Part shown: positions 28,169 to 48,479 of the stretch, one piece after another
Layout of the letters: every line of letters starts with the position of its first letter
Position numbering within the stretch: the stretch's first letter is position 1
Assembly: GCF_964204645.1 (NCBI RefSeq)
Contig: NC_134028.1
Coordinates: forward strand, 4,402,001 to 4,466,000
DNA: 64,000 nucleotides
Origin: Tubulanus polymorphus
Lineage: Eukaryota > Animalia > Nemertea
Direction of reading: 5' to 3'
The notes under the pieces: model-generated
What the model saw: the letters and a program-made list of their open reading frames with translations, nothing else
Database searches by the model: none
Told to the model about the DNA's origin: nothing
Position numbers and translations under genes: made by a program

Positions 28169-28871
28169 CCGCAGAAATTCATTGGAACCGCATACTGACG
28201 GATCGTGTCGGTTCCCTGTTCGTTTTATGAACTCTGTCCAGACTGATATAACCTGTGAAGGCTGGTTCAGTCGTACGGACCGCTCCAGTCATTCAGTTAA
28301 TCCGACTGCGAACACGTACCTAGTAGTGTAGACATTCTGTAGCCCTAATTTAATTTAATTGCAATATAGGAATTACTGAAGTCCGTTTTGTGTATGAACA
28401 ACGTGTTAACCAAGTAATACATTTTTTGATAAATAAGAATCTATATATACATTTGAGACGTTCTTTTTCAATGAATGTGTAAAGTCGGTCTCGGAAGCAG
28501 CGCTCGTGGATCACCCTATTCAAAATTACGTAACGCGTGGAAGATTTCAACCCAAAATTAGCGAGTAACATGTTATATACTTACTCTTAATCAGGGCGGT
28601 TTATCGTAACTACAGTCGGAGGCAAATAACCCCTCTCTCGCCGTATCTATCATTACGCGGATGACCCCTCACTCACCTTATCTACCTTTCCAAATTAAGA
28701 GTAATTCCAAACAACGGACGACGACCTGACTGGTTTCTTTTGATACAAACCTTTCATTCCGACTCCGGGGCCCAGTTCTACGAAGTATAACCCTCGCTTA
28801 ACTCGTCAAACCGGGACTAGCAAAACTGGTCGGTTTGAGCAAGTCCCAAAATGATTTCGCTTTTCTCCGAG

Positions 28872-31333
<2,462 letters not shown>

Positions 31334-32022
31334 TTCGCTCTCCAATTTATTATCAGTGTCACGCGCTATAAGCGTGGACTTCGATGATGGAAATGCTCAA
31401 TAATTCACCAGCGTTAAATCCTAATTCGCCATTTGTTCAATCAATGAGGACTCCACGTTCGACTGCGGCAATCGAGGATTCCACTTGTGGCAAGCGAGGA
31501 TCCACCAGGTTCGCTAGTGTGCATTCAGACATCAACTCCCGGATTTCTTCCCAGATTCAATTAAACTCTATCCTTAATTTCTCAAATTCTTTGAATGATG
31601 ATTAGTAAAATCCACAATATATATGAACCTGAAGATCATCTGAGTTTATCAAGAGGAGTGATTTTCCTAATTTCTGATGAGGCTATAAATCTAAACGAAA
31701 GTTCATTGAAAATGAACTAGATTTTGACAGGGTTGTCGCACTGATACGTTCGCCATCGAGCGGGATAGCTGGTGGCACAGAGTCCTCATTTACCCGAGAT
31801 GCATCGCAAGCTGCACACTCTCCTCTAATCTTGCTTCGCTTCCCTTTCCTTCATTTCATTTTATTAAAATATTTTCATAAACACAGAATATGAAAACTTG
31901 GTTCATAGGCTAATATGATGATTTTTCTCTGCGTTGAAAAAGGGGTTTGCGAACTACCGTGTATCATGCTATCAAACCGAGTGATAAATAACAAATCTTT
32001 ATTCGATAAATATATATTCAAT

Positions 32023-33457
32023 TTATTGCGGTTTTGGATCACAACCATACATAACGCGCACTTTCTTGATGTCGGTTGCAGTAGGCATACCTCGCATTCC
32101 GATCTTTACGCCCGGTTGTTTTGGGGTGATCGTTGGTTTGCCATTCTTGGAATAATAGTACCTTCCATAATGCATGATGCTACCATAGTCATAAGGCATA
32201 TTCCAGTCATCATACATCCTCGGATAAGCTTTTGAGAACTGGCGCTCTCCTCCTTAAAAAGAAACGATTTATAATTCATCGATGCTAACGGTAATCTGTC
32301 GTAAAACCAGAAGGCATGTACCGGGTTGTATGTTTTCCCAGTTTATAGTGACGTAGTCGTCTCTATCGTGGCGTGACTGTTCGTGCCAAAGTCCAATCAC
32401 GTGAAGCATTTCATGCATCATAGTTGACGTCCCAAGGCAGCCATTACCCAGAGATATAAATTGTTCCCCTCCCCACCAACCGACCGACGAATAACACCTA
32501 CAAACAGTACTAGAACAGTATTAGAGTTTTCTATGCATAATTTCAACAAACTTGCATCAACTATCATTTCAATTGTGTTCACATATGAATTTATGTATAA
32601 ACCACAATAACATACCCACGTTGCTTCGTGAATACGACCAAATACCGCCGGGATTCTCCTTCTTGCCATTTATGAAGACTGAGGCATTTTCCATCTTTAT
32701 TGATCAGATCTAATAATTGGTTAAGAACTTTCTCGATTTTTGGCTTCTCGTAGTTAGCTGTGTGAATAAAACACGTGTTTTGAATGACTGTGGATCCATT
32801 TCTATAAATGACCGATTGAATAAATATTTGCTGCTCTCAAAAACTCACGCACTGAAGATGAACTATCGTCTTGGATAAACCGATAATTCAAAGTGTTGTT
32901 AGGCCATAGTTTATACTTGGGGACACCACTTCTAAACTTGAAACGAATGATTCCAATTGAATATTTCTGTATAAGTTAGCAAGATTTAATTTTTCATACT
33001 TACGCTGCTGTCCAATACGATGTCACCCTGAAATAGCCCTGAAAAATATATATGAGATTTACGACGCAATGGAATATCGCAGGGAAATTGCATCTTATAG
33101 AAAAGAGTCAGTAATGGTTCACATACCAGCTTCCGTTTCAGGATAATCTAGATTTCCACCACCATTGAGCCCTTAAATTGTATGATGATTTAAATCTGAC
33201 TATAAAACTAGGATGAAATAAGACAATACTATGTAATTTGATAATAACGATTACTGTCATCGAAACTGTTTACTTTGAATTTCCCTTCCTTCGACAACCT
33301 GGAATATAAGAGATATCAATATATCGATAATTGGAGATATCATATATAAAACAACACAATTCTTCGGCAATCTATACTGAAATTATTTTGGGTCAATATA
33401 TTTTACCTCAAGCAATAACAACACCACAGCTACGGCAAACACCCGATTGAAAGCCAT
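32023..33457 (-). CDS. Astacin-family (M12A) zinc metalloprotease, protease domain only, 8 exons
   Basis: Signal peptide MAFNRVFAVAVVLLLLE, propeptide motif GLFQGDI, zinc motif HEMLHVIGLWHEQSRHDRD and Met-turn YDYGSIMHY. The stop comes soon after MYGC and is followed by AATAAA. Confidence 0.93.
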
Positions 33458-36335
33458 CGTGATTCGTAGATGAATTATACAAAATGTATTTTATATCTTT
33501 GGTTTTTATCGGGAAACGATGATAAAATCAATGCAATATATTAGATAATGGAACGACATTTCCGCAACTTAACTTTATTTGATTCTGATTGATCGATTCT
33601 CACGACGCATATTCATTTTGCAACTTAGAACGAGGACAGCCAATGAGCCAATGACCCCGTGGCAAGCGAGGATAGGTGAGGTTGCACCAGTCTTTCTTAC
33701 AAATTACGATCCAAGCGACGAAAACCCAATACAAACAAATAAACAAACAATACCTTGTAAAAAGTTCCATCCGATATTATCAATATTTGACGTATTGAAA
33801 TTCTATGAAATCTCTTAACGTATGAATATATTGTGCATATTTTTCACAATAGTACTTTGAATCTATTGTATCTTATCATTTTCATCAAAACCATATATAA
33901 AAAGGAGATTATTTCTACCTAATGTCAATACATTTGAGATAATAAAGTCACATTAACGCAACTACTCATTAATTAGATGAATATGACGTTTATTCTATCT
34001 TATTCTAGGACGCATGTAATGCATTTTTTATTATTTTTCCCTCTGATAGACACTAACTAGAGCATGTTGGAAAAAGGGGGTAGGGAAAAAGAAACGATTG
34101 TGCGACAATACCATCGATGGTTCTGTAACAATAAACTACTTTATTTTATTTCATCACATTTGGAAAATATGTTTCGATTGATGATATGACGTTAGTTCAC
34201 CTAATATCTTAGCCGCCATCCGGATTAACCGATTGATGAATGAAAACTACTGGCCCAGAAAATATAACTGATTATTTACATCTGATGATGATGTGTGATA
34301 TTCTCATCTTAATTTCCTCAAGCGGTTTCTATATCCGGGTTTACGTCGGAGTTCATCATTTTCTATCCCTATGATGTTTTTTTCGCACCGGTTTGTCGCG
34401 GCAGTAGATTGCATTCTCTGTATATACTGTCGGTTTGCCGGTGGCTCGAGTGACATTATCTTAATCGGATCCAACGTGATAGGTAACAACGGGTGCTGGA
34501 AGCTTGTTGAATGATATAAGGCATCATATATTTCGATGATTTTTAACCATTTATACACATCGTAAAATTGGTCCCAAAGGCCATGTGTGAGTCAAGAGTG
34601 AAAATGTTTTTAGTCTCCACAGTAATCATATTTTCATCTATTTGAATTCTCCGCCCATGATCTACTAAATTTGGATCTGGCTCTAGGTGAATTTAAACCA
34701 TTTATTGTTGAGCTGAATTGTCTGAAGTTAAGAAATATCAAATCACGAAAAATGAACATTAAGAAATTAGTTAGTTCAAGGCGTGTATTTCAAAGAAAAA
34801 CAGAAAAATGCATCAAGAAATACAGGACAGGGTTTCATCCGGGGATAATTTGCGGCTTCAATATTTGGTTAATTCGGGTAAAAGCATTCTGATGATTCTT
34901 TACTGAAGAGTCATCAGTTAAAAAAGCGTTAAAACAGTGGCGCAGTTTTCAGCACTGGTAATTACGACAGATGTCTGATTGAGGCAATTATAGCGAGGTC
35001 TTTGATCGTCGTCTTGCAGCACGACGCGCTCTCTTACCCGACGGGTATATAAACCCGTATCCCCAAAACAGTTCGAATATCTACAACAAAAATAGCCTCT
35101 CATCGCTGCTCTCAACCCCCAGCGACCACTCGGCTACATCATCTTTATTCGAATAGACATTGAAAAAAACACAATTATTATTTGAATTCCGGTATGAAAT
35201 GGGGCAACTATGTTCAGACATCAGACAGCTTTGCGTGGAAGCAAGATTGACACATTTTCCTATTTCAATCACTATCTGACATTTACCGACGAGTCTCTGT
35301 CCAATATCACGCCTTTAGTTAATTAATCTTTGACGTTATATCTACAGTCAGTTTATTCTTTATGGCATACGTCCCTTTATACAATCACCGTAAAATCCTG
35401 TGATAAAAAAAATTAATTCGATATAACAATATTGTACTCGAACAAGGTGACGCCATCACGAGATCGTCTTTTTTCGTCGGTTATTGTTTTCGGGGCAATT
35501 TCCAGGGATCATCACGACTAATGTTTACATCTAGATAGCAGGTCCATATAGTTCCCTTCATTATCAATTTATCATTCTAAAACTGATTTCGAGAATATAA
35601 AAGGCGCACAATTCATGGTTTCCTGTTTTTGTTGCGTTTATTTTCTCATATTCAAAATCATCATTCTGAAACTTAAGGAGCAAACAAGACGAAACGCATT
35701 TTACGGCGGGGAATATTATGATAATGGACATGAGGATCAACGAATGATCGTATATTGTATGGCAGACTAATCCTGATGCGTCGAACGTCATCGCTGCGTC
35801 TGTAGGAGATTTATATGAAGTAGCTGAGAGAATACAAACTGCGTACATACATCGTTAATATTTGTTATACGTCTGATAAATTCCCACTGGTTTGATGAAA
35901 TTCCAAACAGAGAAGGAACTGAACTTCCCCGTCTGGCATATCATCCCACATCCGCGCATGATGACAATGAATAGCGCCCCCACCTCTTACATGTTCCCCT
36001 GTCGCAAAAAAACAATGGAGCAGATATTAATTAACACCTCGCGTTTCGAAGCCAACTGAACTAAAAACTATTCAAAACGTGACAAGAAGCTAGAGAAAAT
36101 TAAAGGATTGAAGATTCATTAATCACTGATAAACTAAACGTATTGAAGATAATGGACTGCGTGCAGAAAATAATCTTTGCGAATGTTTGCCGCGAAGCGC
36201 TTCAAGGTTTGTTTTTCTGCGCATTCAAATTATACTCAGAAATCCCAGCGAATACAAATTGGTCTCATTCTGTTCTCGAGAAGCAGTCAGTTTTCTAAAG
36301 CTCTATATCTTGCGATAATTTCCATGTTTTCATCA

Positions 36336-39300
36336 TCAGTTTGAGAGGTTTTCGTACGAAGAAGATACCATTAAATAAATGCTCATTGCAGTCAGTATCG
36401 TGAACATCGAATAAGTAGTCTGTATCGGTGTGGTGTTGTATGGTAAAGGAACCGGTTCACCGTTGCACCCGTCCGTATCACAAGTCGTTAGACACGCCCA
36501 TACCGGCTTATTGTTTATCACTTTCTCTTCGCATTTCTTTTCCGGATTGACGTTTTTACCGGTGCATTTCCTGTAAACTACCGGAACTGGAAAATAGATA
36601 AATAGATAAATAAACACGATGGCTAATCACTAGAAAAGAAAAGAAACCGACAAGGACGTATTGAATATTGATCGAACCGAATCCTGCCTATTGACTATAT
36701 GATTATGTGTGCTGAGCTTGACGAAAACATTTTTCATCGAACTTTTGAAATCCCCAGATTCCAACTATATTCAGAAAAATACTTTTGAAGCTTGAGCTAG
36801 TAATATAGATTGCTATCAACTTAAGGCTGGCTTATGCCGACAAGCAACGCGACGCCTACTGGCGCAACTGGGTTTATCGCCGATTAGCGGCAACTAGCGG
36901 CCTACGAGAGGCCGCCAGTTGCTCCTCAATCGGTTCGACATAAGCCGGCTTGCGACGGCAACGCGACGCCTACCGACTCGTCGCAAGCCGTATCCGGCTA
37001 GTTGCCCATGCCTACGGTAGGCGGGCAGTTGCTTTCGATCGCAGCCGACATAAGCTCATCTGCGACGCGACGGAACTGAGCGCAGGGGTTCCAGCCAATG
37101 AGAGACCGCATATACATAGTACAAATTATCACCACTAGTTAGCGTCATTCGTAATTAGTCATAAACTTTCAAATCCAAGTAGTTCAAAACGTAAACCAAA
37201 CCTTCAGCACGGCAGAGGACTGGACCGAAGAATTAGAAACGAAATTGGTAGAATTATGGTGTGAGCGGCCATCTTTATAGATGTCGCTAGCACGTTGTAT
37301 TCAAAACAGAATCAGAAAGATCAAAGTCTTAAAGAAATAGCTTTTCTAATAGAAATATATTTCCTAATAATTCAAATTTATTCTCAAAGTGCTTATCACG
37401 TGACCATTTGAGCCGTTGCAGTTGCTAGTAATCGCAACTGACATAAGCAGTGAAGCAACTGGGAGGATCTCATATCCCGCTAGTCGGCCTCAGTTGCTGC
37501 CAATCGGAGCGCAGTCGACATAAGGTGGGCTGCGATCGCGGTTGCTCTCAGTTGCGTCGGTAGGAGACGGTGAGGTCGCGTTGCTTGTCGACATAAGCCA
37601 GCCTTTAGTTAACCTGAGTTAACCGCCTGATTAAGGCAAATACTATAAAATTGGCCCCTGATAGTTTCATGTTCGATCTCATGAAATTCCGTGTGTTTGT
37701 GATATGCGTACGCCCGATTATAGTATGCTTTGGAGTTCCGGGTTGTGTATACGTGTTCCGTGTAACCGGATTCAGAAGCCCCGACATTCTCACCGTTCAC
37801 AAATACAGCTAATTTGAACCGAAACAGTTTCCGAGAAACCAGTAATGTGAAGGCGCTGATTGCGCTTTGGCAATACACCCTGATTGCCGGGTTGTATTAA
37901 AAACGATAGCTCATGGCACAAAGACACGCATTGTTTTCGCCTCTATCGTTAGAGTGGGTAACATTAACTGATTGATTTTCACTTACCGCCGTTCTTGAGA
38001 AAACTGACGTATCTCATACAGTATTTCTTCTTATTTTCCTCGACACACGGCTTCGACTGGAACTCGCCACTTATACATTTTCCCGACCGATCCGTGATGG
38101 TCGAACATTGAAGACAATTGATGCCGAACACGTCTGCAAGAAAAATCACCCGACGTTTTGTTTTTCTTTTATCACCGGTCACCGGCGACGTATATATGTG
38201 ATAATGGTAGTTGGCCAGACATGAATCACTTTGGGAGGCAGTAAAGGAAATAAAACAGCGCAGTCCGTGTCCTCGCGTACAAGGCTGTTTGACAAAATAA
38301 ATACCCCTCATTACCAATGGCATATACGTCGTGATCCCTTAAAGATTGAACACATCGAGGGCGTTTTCCTATTCTAGCGAGAGTAAGGTGGGAGCTCACA
38401 TCAAAGTATCTTGTACGGATAAATTGGGTCACACGCGGGCACACTCACTGTCAGATTCGGTCTCAGCAGCTATTTTGTCATTATCAACATTCGCTTTTCT
38501 GGAGATTATCGCTAAGCCACCGTGAGCGAAATATCACCATACATATATCACCCAAGAGTTCGTCGTCGAGTGAAAGTAGCTCAATGAGACCCATTTAGAT
38601 GAACATATCGCCAATGCGCAGGTTCGAATTGGGCGATTATCCATGAACATAAAAATAGTGTTTATCGCTGACTATTAGAATGATTAAAATGTCGACACAG
38701 ATGACAGCAATCGGAAGAGTTCCCCTGAGAACGATAATCGCCAGCTTGCGGAATAATCCATTTTATTACTCTAAAGTTCATGATTATTTTATGCAACTTT
38801 CCTGGTGAGCTTCTTCCTACGTATGAGTTATCTTTTTTCTCTGCGAATATCTCTCGGCACAAAATCTCCGGTATCGTTCATACAGTTCGTTGTCGCACAT
38901 CGGAGCCGATCATCAGTGCCGAAATTTTTTTTCAAATCAAAATCAAGATACGTCAAGATACAATCAAGATTTACCAATACTTCTAAATCTTACACAGTAT
39001 TCATGATTCAACACATAGTTGAACCGTATATGAATCATAGCCGAATCGAATAGCAATTATAGTTCACAAATTCATAAATTATCCGATACCTGCCTCACCG
39101 AATCAACGCCATAATTAATGAAATTACCGAAGAGCATATTTTTAAGTCTTATATCAGCCCCGCAGCCAAATCTGGCTGAATCCTGTATACGTGGCTCCGC
39201 AATGCTATTCTACCAAAAATATTCATACAAGAGAATATTTGCCAAATAATTGTTTGAACGTACGTAACCGTTCCATGGTAGATATATCATACGCAAATTA

Positions 39301-41815
39301 GAAAGGAATCTCAAACAAAAAAGTACAGATACCAATTATTTGGACTATGACTATCTCAGATCTATGCAAGCGTTAGTTGATATGAGGTCCTCATTTGATA
39401 TATCTATCTAGTGAAAAAAATGGCTTGGAGAAAATGACCACATTTGCGGCAAAGGTGGCCTAATTCTTTAAGGCACTATTTTTTACCATCGTCAATTTCT
39501 GTCCTTTGATCCTGTCGTAATAAGTCAACCTTGAGATAAGATCGCTAAACGGCATCACCCTCATGAAGAGTTTCGCTCTACCATTAGGGTTCAGCCACGA
39601 TTAGTATCATTATTTACGCTAGGAGGCATTCAGAGGAAAAGGTACCAAATTGACATGAACCGCGAAGTGACGTGCACTGCCAATCTAGTTCTTTTTTTCA
39701 TTTTGAGTACTGAAGTCCACGAACTTCGAAGTAGATAACATCAAAGAAATATTGATGAGTAAAATGCTCGGAGCTGCAAAGCACATTTAGATGGGACATT
39801 TAGTTGCGTACATATAGATGTTGATAAAGTATGTGACGAGCTCAGTTTCAGGTAGAAATCCTCGTCACCCCGATTTTCATATGGAAAGGTATTCGACCTA
39901 ATAATTCAACTACATTTATGGCTTCCGGGGACGCGTCATTAAGAACTATATCATTAACGAAAGCAGAGACGCCGGCGACATGGTAATTAATGTTAATAAC
40001 GATATGATTAACGTTGAAACGTTGTCTGTTGTTCTGCAAATATAGGTTTCCCGCGCATTTTCAATATTTAGGGTTTAGATATGCCGAATACAAATAAACA
40101 GTAAATGTCCTTTATAACGATGTCGTTGGGTTGATGAAAAATATGGCATTATAACGAGTTTGGTGTTGTAGAAATGGTGTTTTCATTGCTTTTGAGTTAA
40201 ATTTTGCAAATTTGGCCTCTAAAAAATGTCGTTAATGACATTAAATAGGATGGCAGCGTAAACACGGACTTCGACTGTATATACGAAATACTTCATTCTT
40301 TGATCATGTTCTGCATTCTGAGCTTATCAATCGAATTCAAGAATTCAATTTTGACCGTGTTCCGGGTTCATTCGCAGCTGACAAGAAAAGACGCTTTTCA
40401 ATGCGTCTTCTCAAGATTGCTTTCAGTATCTCGTGGAAATTTGTTACAGGAAATTTATCATCAAATTATGCTGAGACTTGTTTCTAGGTGTAAACATCTA
40501 TTTGGCATGCGTTCAATGAATAAAGAGCACCATTGATCATTATACAAATTGATGAATATATCGTAGATAAGAAACCCATTTATATTTTAGTTTGCGGTGT
40601 TGTTAGCGATGCAAATAATACGATGACGCGTCTATTAATTGCAGTGGGTTATCCATCATGGTTTACATTCTTGTTGAATGAATTGCATGAAATTTACCCA
40701 AATCAACGACAACATTCGATACGTATCTATACATAATGATGTCTGGATGACTGATTAGATCAGAGATATATATTTCAACATGACCGGTTTCGCGCCAGTG
40801 AGAAGTTCAAGCGACGATTCGCGATCGACACCAATCAAACCCCGTCCATGCTTCACTTCAGTTGTAATTAATCAAATGAATTGATTGAATGTCTCTCTAA
40901 TTAGAGCGACAAGAACAGCAGGAACCCTCGCTGCCTGGGGGAACGGATCACTGCTGCAAAGCATCGGTTGCTGTAACGAAAAAAGTCGACGAACATCTCT
41001 CTGGAATATCATATCGATTGTATCGGATTATCCCTAATGTTTGGCGGAACAGACCAATACCACGATGATAAAGACGAGTGGCTTAGTCGATAAAATTTAT
41101 TTTCTTGTCTGCAAGTTTTGAACTCAACGCCTGAAGCCGAACGGTGAACGTAATATAGTACCCCCCTCGAATTACCAGCCCCTGCTTTCAATATTGATTG
41201 AGAATATGTAATTGACTTCATGAAAAGCCTTCGGTCAATAGGAAAAGGTTCCCCTATCATGTGTACGTTAACTTCTATTATTCTGGTTCATTGGCATGGT
41301 CAAGTAATACAATGATATGTTTAGACTTGTTGCTGCAACTTAAGGATATTGACCATGAGGGTCCGCGGACCGCATTGTTTAGAACGTGACCAGAACTATG
41401 GACAATGATTGAAAAAAGAAATCAATGAATATGAAAATCTTCATGAAACGCTCCGAGTTCGCGTTGTAACAACAATAAAATTTCACAATACGATTTAAGA
41501 GAAACGAGTCCGTTCCATGAGCTGGTCGTTCATTTCGAAATGTCGACTTTTATCCCAATAGTTACATAGTTTCAGGAATAAATAAAAGTCACATTCATTA
41601 TACCTATCAGGATAGTCGAAATCATCGAAATAAACTACCAACTCAAGGAAACATTTCGGACCAGTTTTTCTTGTATAACATATATGTTTGATTTAATCTT
41701 TCAGAGAATATAAGGTTGACTTACAAATCATAATTTCTAACAAATCGTAATTACCTGATGCTAGGAAACTGATCATTAACGCCAGTAATGGTATCACGAA
41801 GGAATAATTCCACAT
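36336..41815 (-). CDS. Ly6/uPAR three-finger protein, Quiver/Sleepless-like, probably GPI-anchored
   Basis: Exons 41815-41755 (signal peptide), 38133-37987 (INCLQC...KC...PC...YC) and 36586-36336 (RKC...KC...ACLTTCDTDGCN plus hydrophobic tail). Ten Cys and phase-1 junctions. Confidence 0.87.
36824..37604. mobile_element. Non-autonomous PIF/Harbinger element in an intron of the Ly6 gene
   Basis: About 30-bp TIRs AGGCTGGCTTATGCCGACAAGCAACGCGAC / GTCGCGTTGCTTGTCGACATAAGCCAGCCT, TTA on both sides (36821-23, 37605-07), subterminal CGACATAAGC repeats and an internal MADF-like fragment. Confidence 0.88.
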
Positions 41816-43127
41816 ATTGTCATATTGTGTTTTTTCAGTAACAGGTTCTCGGATAAAAGCAGCGCAAGCGGATCTGAGAGTCGTGCGGCGTCTAATGAGG
41901 ACGCGTGCGTCTAGTCGAGCAAATCTTTTACCATCGACGAATATCATCCACAGTTCCCAGATTCCCCATTGATAAATGGAACGCCGTCCAAGCAAAACTA
42001 ACTTCGTAAGATTGTGAGTTTGTATGATTGCGAATACGATGTTATATACTAGTTTTTCTAGGATAGCAGTCCATACTTAACTACAAAAGTTTTATATAAA
42101 CTGTATACAGTGAAATATTAATCTGTATGGACCTGATATCGTTTTATGGTTAACTGGAATTCATTTGTTTCATTGTTTTTATAGCTAATGAAGATGTCTA
42201 GTTTGCACCAGTGGCTGATACTAGGATTATGACTTACGTATAAACTCTAGTTTATACGTCCATGGTCAGACCATTATTAACTACGTGACGTGGTTTGTCC
42301 AGTGGAACCTCGTTGCAACCAACTTCAGGAAAATACTTCAGAAAAACTTCAGAAAATCTGTTCGTTATAACCGGTATTCGTTATATCCTGCTTGAAATTA
42401 AATTGTTTTACTTGAGGGCGAATGTCTATATTCGTTATCCGATGAATCGTAGTAAAGTTCGGGGGTTCCAGTAGTAGATGCGATGCAATATGTGGGATGA
42501 CACACCAACCCTGTACACGTGATCTATTTGACCAAAATCAAAAAGTGGCTTAAACGTCTTTGTTTGTAGAATGATCTCATTAAATTAAACATTAGCATCG
42601 ATAAAGTTGGCTATTGAAACATTTCGTCCGCCACAGCAAAAAATAAGACTTTGGCCGTCTAGTGCTGCCCCTCTATAAGGATAGCGGTAAAAACGTGAAC
42701 TAACATAATATTCGCAGGACTAAGAGGGGCGATGTGCGCACTTGGCACCAACTAGCAACAACTCCTTGTCTTCCTCCCTCCAAAAGCACAAATAATACAT
42801 ACAAAATTTCATGAATTTAAATAGAAATTCTTTATTCCCAAGGTTAATGAAATATTACATACAATATGTACAGTACACATCCTTCATATATAAGCGAGAG
42901 TTCCTGCTGTTTTTTATCAGTGAAAACAGAATCAAATGAAATGCAGGAAACGTTTTGCCCAACCGTGAATCCTTCTTCTAATTCTGCATTATTTCGAGAC
43001 ATTAATAAAGATTGTTTAACTCCACCGACACAAACAAAGCATTTGTTCAACTGGTAAATAAATAACATACATTATATATACACATATATTAAAGTTTTTG
43101 GATTGGTGAAATTCTGGCAATTTTCTT

Positions 43128-45005
<1,878 letters not shown>

Positions 45006-45239
45006 TTTTGATTGATTTTTGGTGAATGTTGATTGGTAATGCCGATTTCAATTCAATTCATATATGCCTCTATGGCACAAAAACGAATGAGATGCACTAT
45101 AATTCTATCAGATGGATTAATAAAATCAATGAATATTACATATTTCATTTCATAAGGTAACAATTAAAACTCCGAATGTCTGTGAATACCGCGGATTCGA
45201 CCCTAATCAGGGAGCCATCTCTGGTCACATGATAACATA
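45006..45239. promoter_or_regulatory. Compact bidirectional promoter between TVP23 and the TMEM243-like gene
   Basis: Divergent start codons lie only about 235 bp apart. Confidence 0.65.
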
Positions 45240-46221
45240 ATGGCGGACGACGAGGGTCAACATATTTTGGGAGGAAAAACGTCGACAGGAGCTCCGGGAG
45301 AGGATCCAGCATTATATCATGATAAAACAGCAACACCTACTACCGTAAATATTCAGCATTGATTATCTGTCATTGACACATTTTACTTTTTACGCTTCTG
45401 ACTGATATTTTACATTCAAAAATAAAATTTTTCCCAATCTTGTAAAATTGACAACAATACATTGACAATTCGTCAATTGTGTTCGTGTTGTACAAATATA
45501 CAACCACATATTTGTTTCGTTGTTTGTTTGTTTGGCTTGATGTCGCTTGAAATAAATTAACTTTATATTGAGCACAAACCCCATAAGCTTTAAAGCGGTA
45601 CTTAATCGAAGAAATAATTTTCCTCACGCAACGGCAGCGCTGAAGATGATGATGACATGCAATACATGGACATGGCTCATTGACAACTATCTATTGGCCT
45701 GGCCTGAGGGATTGGCATGCACAGCGTAGCTCTGTGCATCTGTGTTAATGTTTATGTTCTTTTTACATTCTTAACAGAAAAAACTTCAGCTGGCATTCGT
45801 TGTGGTGACAGGACTTATGGTCTTGGTTAGTAATGAAGCTATTTTATCTTACACATATTCGAAGCAGTCTTCCTGCTCATTGACTTTTCATCAATAATCC
45901 TTGTTTATTATTTTCAGGTGAGCATCATATTAAGTATTTACAGAGGTGCAGTGATCACACAGAATGGAGGCCTTTACTTCATGCTTGGAATCAGTTTAGT
46001 TGGATTTGTAGTCATCGAAGCTTTTATGGTGAGTTTAATGATTAATCTCAACAGATAACTCTTTAAACATGTACCAATTTTTAATGATCTTTTTATTCAC
46101 TATCCAGATGGTGTTCATAAGGAAAGGCGATTTACCGCAAGGAAAAATGTGGTTTGTCTATTTTGTCGGTGGCTGTATATTTCTAGAATCAATTTTTACG
46201 GACATTTTACTTTTTCAGTAA
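45240..46221 (+). CDS. Small three-TM protein, TMEM243-like, 4 exons (missed by the ORF track)
   Basis: Spliced MADDEGQHILGG...PTT|KKLQLAFVVVTGLMVL|VSIILSIYRG...IEAFM|MVFIRKGDLPQGKMWFVYFVGGCIFLESIFTDILLFQ*. RKGDL recalls RQGDL in TMEM243. Confidence 0.72.
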
Positions 46222-46914
46222 AGTACTGAACATGTCATTACGTGATAACCTCTTCCATCTTCGCACGCAATAATACAGATTTTCCATCGTTGGTTTAGGT
46301 TTATATATTTTATAATTTGTTATGTACGAATAGGCAAATGTAAATCATTATGTAACTATCAATCATCGAGCACATGGTGCGATTTAATTTATTCAAGGAG
46401 TCTAACACATGTACTGATATGTACATCTGCAATTTAAATAAAGCTATATTTTTATCTATTGTGTAAATCCTCGTTTGTGATCAAATTCGGGACACTATAC
46501 ATGTATTTTCATTATGGCGAGGCCATCTTAACTTGTCCATTGGGCTAGTGCATTTATCCCACTCGACACATCGCATGATTGTGCTACAAATTGGACCGTC
46601 TACTAAGTTGCCTTTAAGGGCAAGTAAAATTTCAGATCTTGCCTACAGGCAAATGACATATTCCTTCCATCGACCCTGCATCATCCTCCTCCCTCGGAGC
46701 AATAATTCATCTAATAAAGTGAATGTAAAACAAAACTCCAGTTTTGATGATAGAAAAATCCTGGATGTGTGATTTCCCTGATGAACAGAGATGTGAGTTA
46801 CTGACTTTCATCATCAGCCAAAAACCATTTAAAAAAACTCACTAATTACTAAGATATCATATTGTACTTATAGATTAGCTTTTATTCTCCGATCAAGTAC
46901 ATTATAAATTTGAT

Positions 46915-48202
<1,288 letters not shown>

Positions 48203-48479
48203 TGCTGCAATCGACAAATTATTCAAAATTCACGACCCTAACTAAATAGTTACGGCATCTGCGCACGAAACAGGTGCCCACTACTAACTCAAAATATTCA
48301 ATGATAAATGCTATAATTCATAAAATTATTAGCAAATACAGAGAAAAAGATATATCAATTATTATTTACAAGTATTAATTTCATTTTAGAAAGGCCGATT
48401 AGCACAAAAATCAACGATTTTAAACGAAGCTCCAACACGACGTGTCCAACTTACGTGATGATTTTCTGTAAGAAGATCG

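Noticed and set aside
46743-46817. C/D-box snoRNA-like motifs (TGATGA...CTGA) in an imperfect hairpin
   Set aside because: Lies between two 3' ends rather than in an intron, is short, and has no rRNA guide I could recognise; snoscan would settle it.
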